A stretch of DNA of 35,788 bases from a virus (Duplodnaviria > Caudoviricetes). The stretch lies in the IMG/VR virus record IMGVR_UViG_3300008255_000271, positions 1-35,788 of that record; one strand, given 5' to 3'. Made by a program: the position numbers and the translations under genes. The notes beneath the pieces were generated by a model, which was not told the origin of the DNA, searched no databases, and saw nothing but the letters and a program-made list of their open reading frames with translations. How positions within the stretch are numbered: position 1 is the stretch's first letter; every line of letters starts with the position of its first letter. Of this stretch, positions 1-7,649 are shown in pieces.

Positions 1-41
<41 letters not shown>

Positions 42-132
42 TACAACTCTCTAGCTCCAAAACGGGCATGTTACGCCGCGCCCCTCCGGTGGGAGAATGA
101 GGGGCTAACTAGAGAAGAAAGGAGAGTGAGAG

Positions 133-435
133 ATGGATATAAACAAAGTTAAAACACAAGAACCAAAAGAAAAGCAGCGCAGCGAAGAAGAACGAGGGTA
201 CTGCACCTCTATCGGTAGAACAGGAGAAGCTATATTTGCCTCTATAGTTAGACAACGCTCCGGCATGAGCGCAGGAGAGATTGAAGGCATTACTCGATCT
301 ATTGAGCATTTAAGCAAGGCCGCCCAGCAAGAAGCGGTCGATGCTGCTTATGTCATTTACCTGACTTATGTTGACCAGTCTGGCTTGCTGACTAAAGTGA
401 AACGACAACCGAGAATAGAAGGAGAGCAGCCATGA
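133..435 (+). CDS. Hypothetical protein
   Basis: 100-aa ORF with AGGAG RBS and ATGA coupling to the next gene. Confidence 0.8.
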   Translation: MDINKVKTQEPKEKQRSEEERGYCTSIGRTGEAIFASIVRQRSGMSAGEIEGITRSIEHLSKAAQQEAVDAAYVIYLTYVDQSGLLTKVKRQPRIEGEQP

Positions 436-647
436 CCGAGCCGAAGTTTAAGGTGGGGCAAGAAGTTTGGCATGTATTCGATCAGGGTATCGTTTCGTTA
501 GAGAGAATACAGGTTGTCAGTAGCTGGAAGAATAAAGTGTTTACTTATTTGACAGATACAGGATTTATTCCTGAAAAGTTTATCTTCCCCACCTCCGCCG
601 CGCTGCTGGAGAATATTAAAACGCAAGTTAAGGAGTTGGAGAAGTGA
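432..647 (+). CDS. Small SH3-like (YorP-like) phage protein
   Basis: N-terminal PKFKVGQEV motif, GGAG RBS, ATGA overlap. Resembles the 3064..3294 protein. Confidence 0.75.
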   Translation: MTEPKFKVGQEVWHVFDQGIVSLERIQVVSSWKNKVFTYLTDTGFIPEKFIFPTSAALLENIKTQVKELEK

Positions 648-895
648 GAGAAGCAATATTAATAATAATCGTCGCAGTATTGTGTTTGTATGTTGCCCAC
701 CTCAAGCGCAGCGCTCCCGTCGAGTGTCGATATTTAGTAGTTTTGCATAGCTGGTTCGTGGAATCTCTAAGCTGGGAGACTAAACAATTTGAGGATTACG
801 ATGCCGCTTATTTGTGGGCGTTGGAGAGTCGCAGCGCTCATACCGATTACAAGATCGTTAAACTACGAAAGCAACTAGAGGCCGCCGATGAGTGA
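644..895 (+). CDS. Hypothetical protein with N-terminal membrane anchor
   Basis: Hydrophobic AILIIIVAVLCLYVAHL; GTGA overlap with the upstream gene. Confidence 0.75.
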   Translation: MREAILIIIVAVLCLYVAHLKRSAPVECRYLVVLHSWFVESLSWETKQFEDYDAAYLWALESRSAHTDYKIVKLRKQLEAADE

Positions 896-896
896 G
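876..896 (+). repeat. 21-bp gene-junction direct repeat, copy 1 (TAGAGGCCGCCGATGAGTGAG)
   Basis: Identical to 1228..1248. Contains RBS, start and upstream stop (EAADE* / MSE). Confidence 0.95.
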
Positions 897-1247
897 TTTA
901 GAATTAAGCCAAGACGATCAGGCAAGACTTATAACATGCTTTTAGACGTAATAGATCGGGGCGTATCTTGTGATGTGGTTGCCGCTAACACAACACATGC
1001 GGAGAGTCTAGCAATGGAATTTTGGGGCATGGTTAAGGGCGACAAGCGATCAATTTTCAAGACAGGGGCATTGGAGATCAAGCTACCAAATGGAGAGGTA
1101 GTCAGGTTTGTAACTGATCGAAGAGACCTGTTGGGCCAACACCATAACCCGTTACGTGCTTACGATCATCTCACTGTTGAAAGCGCGGTCGGAATAGGCG
1201 CAATCAAAGACTATCTCAAATATGCAGTAGAGGCCGCCGATGAGTGA
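888..1247 (+). CDS. Small protein with a Walker-A-like motif (PRRSGKT)
   Basis: 119 aa. The motif resembles the terminase/helicase P-loop, but the protein is too short for a full ATPase. Confidence 0.7.
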   Translation: MSEFRIKPRRSGKTYNMLLDVIDRGVSCDVVAANTTHAESLAMEFWGMVKGDKRSIFKTGALEIKLPNGEVVRFVTDRRDLLGQHHNPLRAYDHLTVESAVGIGAIKDYLKYAVEAADE

Positions 1248-1248
1248 G
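1228..1248 (+). repeat. 21-bp gene-junction direct repeat, copy 2
   Basis: Identical to 876..896. Confidence 0.95.
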
Positions 1249-1431
1249 CTACTATCAGACTGTTGCAACTATCCCGTCACGGTCGAGGGCCGCACTACTA
1301 AATATTACGTGTGCGATAGATGCGGGAAGCCGTGTGACATTGTAGGCTGGGAAGGCAAGACTCTTGAAGAGTGGAACAAGTGGATTGAGCAAGACGTTAT
1401 TATACAACTAGAAAAGGAGCAGGGAGAATGA
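1240..1431 (+). CDS. Small Cys-rich, putative Zn-binding protein
   Basis: SDCC...CDRCGKPC motif; coupled to both neighbours. Confidence 0.75.
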   Translation: MSELLSDCCNYPVTVEGRTTKYYVCDRCGKPCDIVGWEGKTLEEWNKWIEQDVIIQLEKEQGE

Positions 1432-1634
1432 CCACCGCCGACCTGATAAAAGTTTTAGAACAGTTGCCGCCAGACGCTAATGTTTATGAAGTGTTTTTCG
1501 ATGCAGGGATCTTAGGACTTCACGGGGAGAATGATTGTTTTTTCTTTTCTAACCACGACATCAAGGAAGACGTAGACCCAATCGACATCTCCAACCCCGC
1601 TGATATTGAGAATCTTAAGGAGGTGTTGAAGTAA
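1428..1634 (+). CDS. Hypothetical protein
   Basis: MTTADLIKVLEQLPPDA is a typical phage small-ORF N-terminus; ATGA overlap. Confidence 0.78.
   Translation: MTTADLIKVLEQLPPDANVYEVFFDAGILGLHGENDCFFFSNHDIKEDVDPIDISNPADIENLKEVLK
1619..1632 (+). repeat. 14-bp gene-junction repeat GGAGGTGTTGAAGT, copy 1
   Basis: Identical to 1768..1781. Both upstream ORFs end EVLK. Confidence 0.9.
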
Positions 1635-1783
1635 TGTTCGTCGGAGCCACAAATCATATCTGCGCTGGGTGCAAGAAGATAGTTCACTATGCGTTCCCAG
1701 TAAAAAGAAAAGACAGCAAAAAACCGTCTTGGTTATGCACTAAGTGCTACGATGAAGTTGGTAAGCGGGAGGTGTTGAAGTGA
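1634..1783 (+). CDS. Small Zn-ribbon protein (49 aa, not in ORF track)
   Basis: MFVGATNHICAGCKK...WLCTKCYDEVGKREVLK; two CxxC motifs, GGAGG RBS, TAATG coupling. Confidence 0.75.
   Translation: MFVGATNHICAGCKKIVHYAFPVKRKDSKKPSWLCTKCYDEVGKREVLK
1768..1781 (+). repeat. 14-bp gene-junction repeat, copy 2
   Basis: Identical to 1619..1632. Confidence 0.9.
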
Positions 1784-1884
1784 GCATAAGAGACAAATTT
1801 CGCATCATCCCAACGGGCAGCTATACTCTGAGCACTGGGACGCTTGCAGGGTTACGGTTTGCCAATGCTGGGAGAACTATATAG
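1780..1884 (+). CDS. Short hypothetical ORF (34 aa)
   Basis: GTG start after GGAGG with GTGA overlap; MSIRDKFRIIPTGSYTLSTGTLAGLRFANAGRTI-TAG. Confidence 0.45.
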   Translation: MSIRDKFRIIPTGSYTLSTGTLAGLRFANAGRTI

Positions 1885-1894
1885 GAGATTGCCC

Positions 1895-2047
1895 GTGGAA
1901 GGAGAACTAGCAGTGTGCCCGCATTGCCAGATAGTTGTAGACTCTAAAGAGAGCGTTATAATTTGTCCAAAGTGCGGGCGGCAGATTGCTAGATTTCGCT
2001 CTAGCGGGCGTTTCGCGTTATCCCTTCTTACACTTGGAGCAAAGTAG
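1895..2047 (+). CDS. Small Zn-ribbon protein
   Basis: CPHC...CPKC motif. GTG start at 1895 after AGGAG, within track ORF 1844..2047. Confidence 0.65.
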   Translation: MEGELAVCPHCQIVVDSKESVIICPKCGRQIARFRSSGRFALSLLTLGAK

Positions 2048-2236
2048 ATCGCACTTCCTGATCTCCTGTTGAAGCTGATACGTTGGGCGCATCAGATTCA
2101 TTCCTGAAAGGGTGAACTTTTGCCAGCCGCGACGGTGAACGAACTGCAACTGCTCACTGTCATCAAATCCACACTTGAGACATTTACCGCCGTGAGTCTG
2201 AACAAGTTCTCTGTGAGCATCCATCAATGCGTGCAT
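2018..2236 (-). CDS. HNH-endonuclease-like protein, probably degenerate
   Basis: GGKCLKCG..LQFVH..KF..EIRKCDLLCSKC matches the small phage HNH pattern, but HH reads VH and NCH reads KCK. ATG at 2236 follows GGAGG. Confidence 0.65.
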   Translation of the reverse strand: MHALMDAHRELVQTHGGKCLKCGFDDSEQLQFVHRRGWQKFTLSGMNLMRPTYQLQQEIRKCDLLCSKCKKG

Positions 2237-2249
2237 AACAACCTCCATT

Positions 2250-2336
2250 CTAGCAAATCTGCCAAAAAAACGTGTGACGAAACCAACGCTTGCTCTTGCA
2301 ATACCGCAACCGAACACAACGACACTTCTTCTTCAT
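2250..2336 (-). CDS. 28-aa cationic Cys-rich peptide
   Basis: AGGAGG-N5-ATG; MKKKCRCVRLRYCKSKRWFRHTFFWQIC-TAG. Confidence 0.45.
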   Translation of the reverse strand: MKKKCRCVRLRYCKSKRWFRHTFFWQIC

Positions 2337-2371
2337 GCTAACCTCCTTTCTTAAAACCTTCTGCGAAATCT

Positions 2372-3067
2372 TTATTGCTTGGTGTACAAGATTCTCACCA
2401 CGCCCGAATACCCGGTAAAGTTAACCGTTGAGATAACTCTGATATTCGTTCCAATAACATCGCCTCTAAACGCCGCGTTCGAAACATTATCCGAGATGAA
2501 ATTGCTACTGCCGTTTCCAGCCGCAGCGGAAAGAAATAACAATTTGTCTATAGTCGTAATTCCGTGTGCAATATTTAGCGTAGTGTTGTTTGGCATCGCG
2601 GCGACAATGTACATTTTAGCGTATATGACGTCCCCGTTGAGCTTCTCGTAAGGCCAGACCTGCTCCGAGGTTGTCCAATTGAAAGACCCCCCCCTGTCTC
2701 CGCTCAGCAGTAGCCGAAAGCAATCGAGACCCGAATCGTATTGTATTACCGTAGGGGTGTCTGAGACTATTTCGCCCCCAGTGAGGGCCGTTGTGCCATT
2801 TGCCGCGTTGATGCTCTTGGTGGCGATATTTTGGCTTATTGAGATGGTGACAGCTCCGGTGTTGGAGCTGCTTGGAATGAAGCGGACTAGCTCGCCATCG
2901 ACCAACCGCACCGGCGCCGGTATACCGTTAACGGTCGTGGTGTTTAGGACGTAAGCATTTGTCGAGCCGGTAGCCGTGCCGCCGAAAATGGACGCAATCT
3001 GATCGATGACCTGCGCGGTTTTGCGCTGCCATAGAGTGCCTTCTTTTAGGTAGTCGCCCCAGCTCAT
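2372..3067 (-). CDS. Short tail fibre / receptor-binding protein
   Basis: GSTNAY..VRF...NTGAVTI domain and C-terminal WTTSEQ..NG..IYAK..AHGI..LYTK domain, both typical of phage fibres. Located at the end of the tail module. Confidence 0.7.
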   Translation of the reverse strand: MSWGDYLKEGTLWQRKTAQVIDQIASIFGGTATGSTNAYVLNTTTVNGIPAPVRLVDGELVRFIPSSSNTGAVTISISQNIATKSINAANGTTALTGGEIVSDTPTVIQYDSGLDCFRLLLSGDRGGSFNWTTSEQVWPYEKLNGDVIYAKMYIVAAMPNNTTLNIAHGITTIDKLLFLSAAAGNGSSNFISDNVSNAAFRGDVIGTNIRVISTVNFTGYSGVVRILYTKQ

Positions 3068-3294
3068 GCTTTAGGCGTATCTACTAGCTTTGCAAAAAGC
3101 TCCTGGAAGTAATCCGATAGCTCTTTTTTATCAGCTTTCACGTTCTGCTCGCTTGGCTCAGTCGTCTCGATAGGGTCAGTGATGAGGTAACGCACGCCAT
3201 CGGAGTTTACCCGTATCTCGGTTACTATTGCCTTCTGTATGTCTACTTTCTTGAGCAGGAAAACCTCCTGCCCTAGTTTGAATTTTGCTGCCAT
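3064..3294 (-). CDS. Small SH3-like protein, possibly a fibre assembly factor
   Basis: AKFKLGQEV motif, AGGTG RBS, ATGA coupling to the fibre gene. Confidence 0.7.
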   Translation of the reverse strand: MAAKFKLGQEVFLLKKVDIQKAIVTEIRVNSDGVRYLITDPIETTEPSEQNVKADKKELSDYFQELFAKLVDTPKA

Positions 3295-3366
3295 ATTTGC
3301 ACCTATTTGCTCATTTTTAAGTTTTGCCGTAGTGATTCAGACCTAAACAAATCAACTGGAGGCACC

Positions 3367-3828
3367 ATGAAAAAATTACTCATTATCGCTCTATCCCTTC
3401 TTTGTGGTTGTGGCGGCGGTGGAAGCGGTGGAGATGCTTCGTTTCTCGCTGGCTTTTATAAAGTTACTTACATTCTCACCAACAACTCGTGTGCGTTCAC
3501 ACTGCCACCGTTTGACGTGATTTACAGCATCGACCAGGCTGATAAGAATATCACCGTTAGAGGCGACGCTACTCATCCCGCCACCTACTCCGGTTTTGTT
3601 ACAGGAGATATGGCAATCACTAGTCGCAGCGGTTCGAATAATTGTAGAGATCAAAACGGGCAATCCTCCAGTGTGATGTCAACATTCACTGAGAGTTTAA
3701 ACTTAGATTTTACCTCAAACGACACCGCAGATGCTGAGATTGTCGGACAACTAGGCGACTGCCCAGGCGACTCCGTCAACACTGCTTGCGAGTATACGTT
3801 TAGAGGCAACATGACTAGGCTCCCTTAA
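3367..3828 (+). CDS. Lipoprotein, antisense moron in the late arm (candidate superinfection exclusion)
   Basis: GGAGG RBS; MKKLLIIALSLLCG-C lipobox, Gly-rich linker, beta-rich domain with 4 further Cys. Confidence 0.85.
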   Translation: MKKLLIIALSLLCGCGGGGSGGDASFLAGFYKVTYILTNNSCAFTLPPFDVIYSIDQADKNITVRGDATHPATYSGFVTGDMAITSRSGSNNCRDQNGQSSSVMSTFTESLNLDFTSNDTADAEIVGQLGDCPGDSVNTACEYTFRGNMTRLP

Positions 3829-6448
3829 GCAATCGCTCGAAAACGTCGTCTATTTTAGGCACGTATTCGCGCGTCTCTTTAGGCAGATGCTTAGACACCT
3901 CGGCCCAGTCTTTTGTTTCGGCCTTCTTGATGGCTCGCTGAACCATCGGACGCCCCGCGTTGTAAGCGGCTAATCCAAGCTCTAGTGAGCCTAGTGCTGC
4001 GACTTCATCGTTAATGAGTCTCATTGCCGCATCTCGCGCCGTAACTTCGTCATACGGGTCTTCTAGCCCGTAAGCCTTCGCTGTGGCTGGCATGAACTGG
4101 TAAGGCCCTTGTGCGCCCGCTGGCGAGTCTAAATACTTACCACCGCCGCTTTCGACTTGCCTAACAGCATCGAGTAACAGCCCCATTTCATTATCGTTTT
4201 TAGGTAATTTCAACACGTCCTCCTTTATTTTATCGAATACTGCTTGAATCTCGTCTGGTTTTGAGGCAAGGTCTTGAGATGGAGATTGTATACTTCCTCG
4301 CTCAGATCGGACTTGCGGCAATAGGCCTTGTGGCTGTTGTTGTAATTGGCTACCTGTTCTTTGAGGTGGTTGGACGACTGATCGCTGATTCTGCGCCGAT
4401 CCTGAGAGCGGTACTATGGGAGCCGATTGCGGGGCTGTTCCTTTGTCTTTACTCCCTAGCTCGATGGCTGCTCCGCGGACTGTCCCCTCGGTCGCGCCAT
4501 CCTTAACCGTTTTCACTAAACGATCTATTAAGTTCATCACGTTTTGATCTGTAGCTGTCTCGGCTAATTGCTTTGCCATGAAAGGATCAAGAGCAGCCTT
4601 AAAAAGTAGATCTTCTATTGCCGCCGTATTGTTAGTTTCCGCTGCGCTCATTAGAGCATTAATTGCACTAGAGAACGGCCCTCTCGCTCCAGGCGTAGCG
4701 GCTTCACCGACAGACGTTTTGATGATATCCGCGACGCTTTGCCTTTGTGCTGTGACCGATCCGCCCTTACTTGCGGCGAAACCTTTTTGAGCCACACTAG
4801 CCTCGGATCTTAGATCCTCTAGTACTCGGCCTAAATTCTTTGCGTGTTCTTTTCCTAACAGCTCGTCAATCGCGCCCTCGTTAGAAGCCAGAAACTTTTT
4901 CATGGCGTTGGCTGTGATTAGCCCGTTCCTGTCTCTCGGGATTAAATCAACAAAAGCTCGTTTCGCTTCTTCAAGTATTGCAGGATCGTTTGCGACCGCA
5001 GCGCGAAAGTCTTTAATCGCCTTTGAGTCACCTTTCATTATCGTCTTAAAAGCGGTTGCGGGCCTAGCGTTGCTGCTAGTTAAATAGCCGCCAGCTGTTC
5101 CACGTCCAAAGGTTTCGGCTTTCTGCTTCGTGAATGCCCGCGCATCCGTCCATCTCTCATAGTCGGGCCCCGTTAGCCCTAACTCCATAGCTTCGTCTGC
5201 GCCCTGCTGGATCTTGCTTAAAATTCTCTGTTCGAATGGAGTAAGATTAGCGTCTCTCATCAAAGAAAGCGCGTCCGAGCGAATATCTTGTAACGCCCCT
5301 GACTCAAGTATGCCGCCTCTTTCGGCTCCTTTGTTTAGAAATTGGTCGGCGAGTGTGCGAACCTTAGAGTTGGGAGTAAGCCCACCTTTCCTCGACTCGA
5401 GAATCCTAGCAAGCCCCGCCTGCTGAGGACGAACGCGAATATCCATGTTTCTCGGAACAGATTGCCATATAGCATCCGCTCCTTCTTGCATATCGTCGGC
5501 AACTCTACCGGCCTGGTCTATTATTTTAGACCCGAAACCTTCTCTATTAATTCCGCTAACCGGACTAATAGAGTCGATCGTGTTCTCTCGCGCCGCATCT
5601 CGCACGGCAGATCTGTTATTGTATAACTGCGCAAACTCAGGCTTGCCGCCTAGAGTCTTTTCAATCTGCGCCATACCTGCGTTATCTGTTAACTCTGCCG
5701 TAGTCATCAAAGCGCCCAACTGATCGTCTGGCATATTCTTGATCGCGTCATCTATTTGCTGAGGCGTGAGGTCTGTCAGCTCTTGCAGTGCTTTCGCTGC
5801 GGAGCCTCTAATCTCAGCTTGAGATGCACCCTTGAACACGCTGCGGCCCGTTTTATATAAATTAGCGAATACGGACGGGCTTGCGGCTCCAAAGACTGAA
5901 CCTATTAACGGAGCGATCGCACTGTCCCCTGTGGCATCTTCTGCTGACTGAGATCCTAAAGCGCCACCGAGGGCACTCGTTTGAGCAGTTCGCCCCCCTT
6001 GCTTGGCTAGGAAGCTAGCTAGTTTAGGAGCAGCCGAACCGATAACCTTAGCAGTACCCTTTGCCGCCATTCCTGGCCCTACAAAGTTTCCGATTGTTCT
6101 CGAGTATCGGTATTGTTCGTCTGGCTCCGGTAAATAATCCTGAGCCATCTGTGAAGCCGCTTCGCTCGCGGGTAATTGGATACTAAAACCACCATCTGGC
6201 GATCGTGAGATCCTTGCTCCCTGCCCTGTCAGAACAGCGAAAGGATTCAGGTCAAAAGCTAACGCCGCAAGTCCTGCGTTACCCTCAACCGCACCGCTCG
6301 CAAACTGCCCGAGAGCCGATAGAGGATTGTAGCTAGTTTTCTGCTCAGAAGCCGAGTCTAAGACGAAGCCAGCGGGTAAGGCCGGTGCGCTTGGAGATTG
6401 CGCCTTGTTTGGCTTATCTAGCACGAATCCTGGTGGTAAATCAGCCAC
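3815..6448 (-). CDS. Large DNA ejection (internal virion) protein with C-terminal lytic transglycosylase domain
   Basis: 877 aa, Ala/Gly-rich. SLT motifs QVESGG, GAQGPYQFMPATA, LAAYNAG, ETREYVPKI. Last of the ejection genes. Confidence 0.88.
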   Translation of the reverse strand: MADLPPGFVLDKPNKAQSPSAPALPAGFVLDSASEQKTSYNPLSALGQFASGAVEGNAGLAALAFDLNPFAVLTGQGARISRSPDGGFSIQLPASEAASQMAQDYLPEPDEQYRYSRTIGNFVGPGMAAKGTAKVIGSAAPKLASFLAKQGGRTAQTSALGGALGSQSAEDATGDSAIAPLIGSVFGAASPSVFANLYKTGRSVFKGASQAEIRGSAAKALQELTDLTPQQIDDAIKNMPDDQLGALMTTAELTDNAGMAQIEKTLGGKPEFAQLYNNRSAVRDAARENTIDSISPVSGINREGFGSKIIDQAGRVADDMQEGADAIWQSVPRNMDIRVRPQQAGLARILESRKGGLTPNSKVRTLADQFLNKGAERGGILESGALQDIRSDALSLMRDANLTPFEQRILSKIQQGADEAMELGLTGPDYERWTDARAFTKQKAETFGRGTAGGYLTSSNARPATAFKTIMKGDSKAIKDFRAAVANDPAILEEAKRAFVDLIPRDRNGLITANAMKKFLASNEGAIDELLGKEHAKNLGRVLEDLRSEASVAQKGFAASKGGSVTAQRQSVADIIKTSVGEAATPGARGPFSSAINALMSAAETNNTAAIEDLLFKAALDPFMAKQLAETATDQNVMNLIDRLVKTVKDGATEGTVRGAAIELGSKDKGTAPQSAPIVPLSGSAQNQRSVVQPPQRTGSQLQQQPQGLLPQVRSERGSIQSPSQDLASKPDEIQAVFDKIKEDVLKLPKNDNEMGLLLDAVRQVESGGGKYLDSPAGAQGPYQFMPATAKAYGLEDPYDEVTARDAAMRLINDEVAALGSLELGLAAYNAGRPMVQRAIKKAETKDWAEVSKHLPKETREYVPKIDDVFERLLKGA
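4279..4506 (+). CDS. Candidate overprinted antisense membrane protein
   Basis: 75 aa with two hydrophobic segments and a basic tail. Lies over the Q/P/S linker of the 877-aa protein. Confidence 0.4.
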   Translation: MEIVYFLAQIGLAAIGLVAVVVIGYLFFEVVGRLIADSAPILRAVLWEPIAGLFLCLYSLARWLLRGLSPRSRHP

Positions 6449-7646
6449 GTGGTGACGCTCCCATTGGTTGCCATTGGTCGTTAATAAGGATTAGCTTTTC
6501 CCCTGTTTGAGGGTTCGTTGCTGTGATCGGTGTTCCTATTACGGCCTCGGCTTCTTCTAATGGAGAGAGAACTTCCGGATCTATCCCCCTGTCAGATAAG
6601 CGGCCCCGATAGAAGTCTCTGGTCTTGTTAAAAGACTCTGCGTTGGCGTTAAAAGATCTCTCAGCTATTCGCATTAATCCTCTACGCACATCGTCGGTTA
6701 GTCGAGATTCGCCGCTTAGCGCCCCTCTTACGGTAGCTGCGTAGCTACCAAATAAACTAGGAGCTGCTTCGATTGAGTCTTGGTCATCTTTTCTTACTGC
6801 TAACCCTGGCTCTACCGCTTGCGCCGCACGTCGAATAATCTCAAAGTCTGAGGTTCCAGCCGGGTCTTTCATCGCCTCAACTAGCGCACGATAGCCGGTA
6901 GAGATTGTTTTGAAATCTTGAACCTCTGGCAGAGCATTGAACTCTTTCCTGATACTCTCCGCGTCGTCGAACCTGCGATCTGGTTCTGTCAGATCCCTCT
7001 CGTAAAGCGATCGAGCCAAAGACTCGTCTCCTTGCGTTTGCTCTAGGTAGCTTTCGAAGCTACGAGGGCCTTCACCCGCAGGCTGCGCCATTGGTTGAGA
7101 GCTGGTTGCGCCCTGGTCTACCATTAGTTGCGCTTCGGCAGGAGCTTGTTCGCCAAACATCTGCCCGAGCATTTGCTGAGCTTTTTTTGCTCGATACGGG
7201 TTAGAAAATACACCCTTTACTGTTTCGCTTGTGATTGTCTTGTTTAGTTCGCTTGCTGCGTCGCGTGAAGCGTTCTGGTTCTCGATACTATTAGCGACAT
7301 TAAAAACACTCCCAGCGGCCTTGATTGGAGCGAACACGGAGGGGTTGATACCTTCCGGCCCGTTGCCTGCCTTGCCCAGCATTGCGTCGCTCATAGCCTG
7401 ATAAGCTAGTTCGTTTTGCCCTGCTGCGTAGTCGTTAGTCAGTCCCTCGGTGTAGCCGCCAATGAGTCCATTTATTAGACCCGCTGCTATCGACTCACCT
7501 GGCTTGTATTGACCACTACCTGCCGCCTGTAAGATCGTCGGCGTCATCTGGTTAATAACCTGCGATACCGGAGCATACGGGCTATTTGCCTTTGCCTGCT
7601 GATCGGCCTGGACGAGTGCTTGAAGGACTGCGCTTAAATCTGCCAT
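6441..7646 (-). CDS. DNA ejection / internal virion protein
   Basis: 401 aa, Ala/Gln-rich and helical, C-terminal TATNPQTGEKLILINDQW motif; position before the large ejection gene. Confidence 0.7.
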   Translation of the reverse strand: MADLSAVLQALVQADQQAKANSPYAPVSQVINQMTPTILQAAGSGQYKPGESIAAGLINGLIGGYTEGLTNDYAAGQNELAYQAMSDAMLGKAGNGPEGINPSVFAPIKAAGSVFNVANSIENQNASRDAASELNKTITSETVKGVFSNPYRAKKAQQMLGQMFGEQAPAEAQLMVDQGATSSQPMAQPAGEGPRSFESYLEQTQGDESLARSLYERDLTEPDRRFDDAESIRKEFNALPEVQDFKTISTGYRALVEAMKDPAGTSDFEIIRRAAQAVEPGLAVRKDDQDSIEAAPSLFGSYAATVRGALSGESRLTDDVRRGLMRIAERSFNANAESFNKTRDFYRGRLSDRGIDPEVLSPLEEAEAVIGTPITATNPQTGEKLILINDQWQPMGASPRG

Positions 7647-7649
7647 TAC

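Noticed and set aside
48-115. tRNA gene
   Set aside because: No TTC T-loop, D-arm or four-arm cloverleaf. Kept only as a generic structure.
876-1781. CRISPR array or integron attC sites
   Set aside because: Only two copies of each repeat, gene-sized spacers, no palindromic attC structure and no cas genes.
2372-3067. DGR target or invertible fibre segment
   Set aside because: No reverse transcriptase, template repeat or flanking inverted repeats were seen.
3631-3640. GGTTCGAATA T-loop-like sequence
   Set aside because: Inside the lipoprotein CDS with no surrounding tRNA stems.
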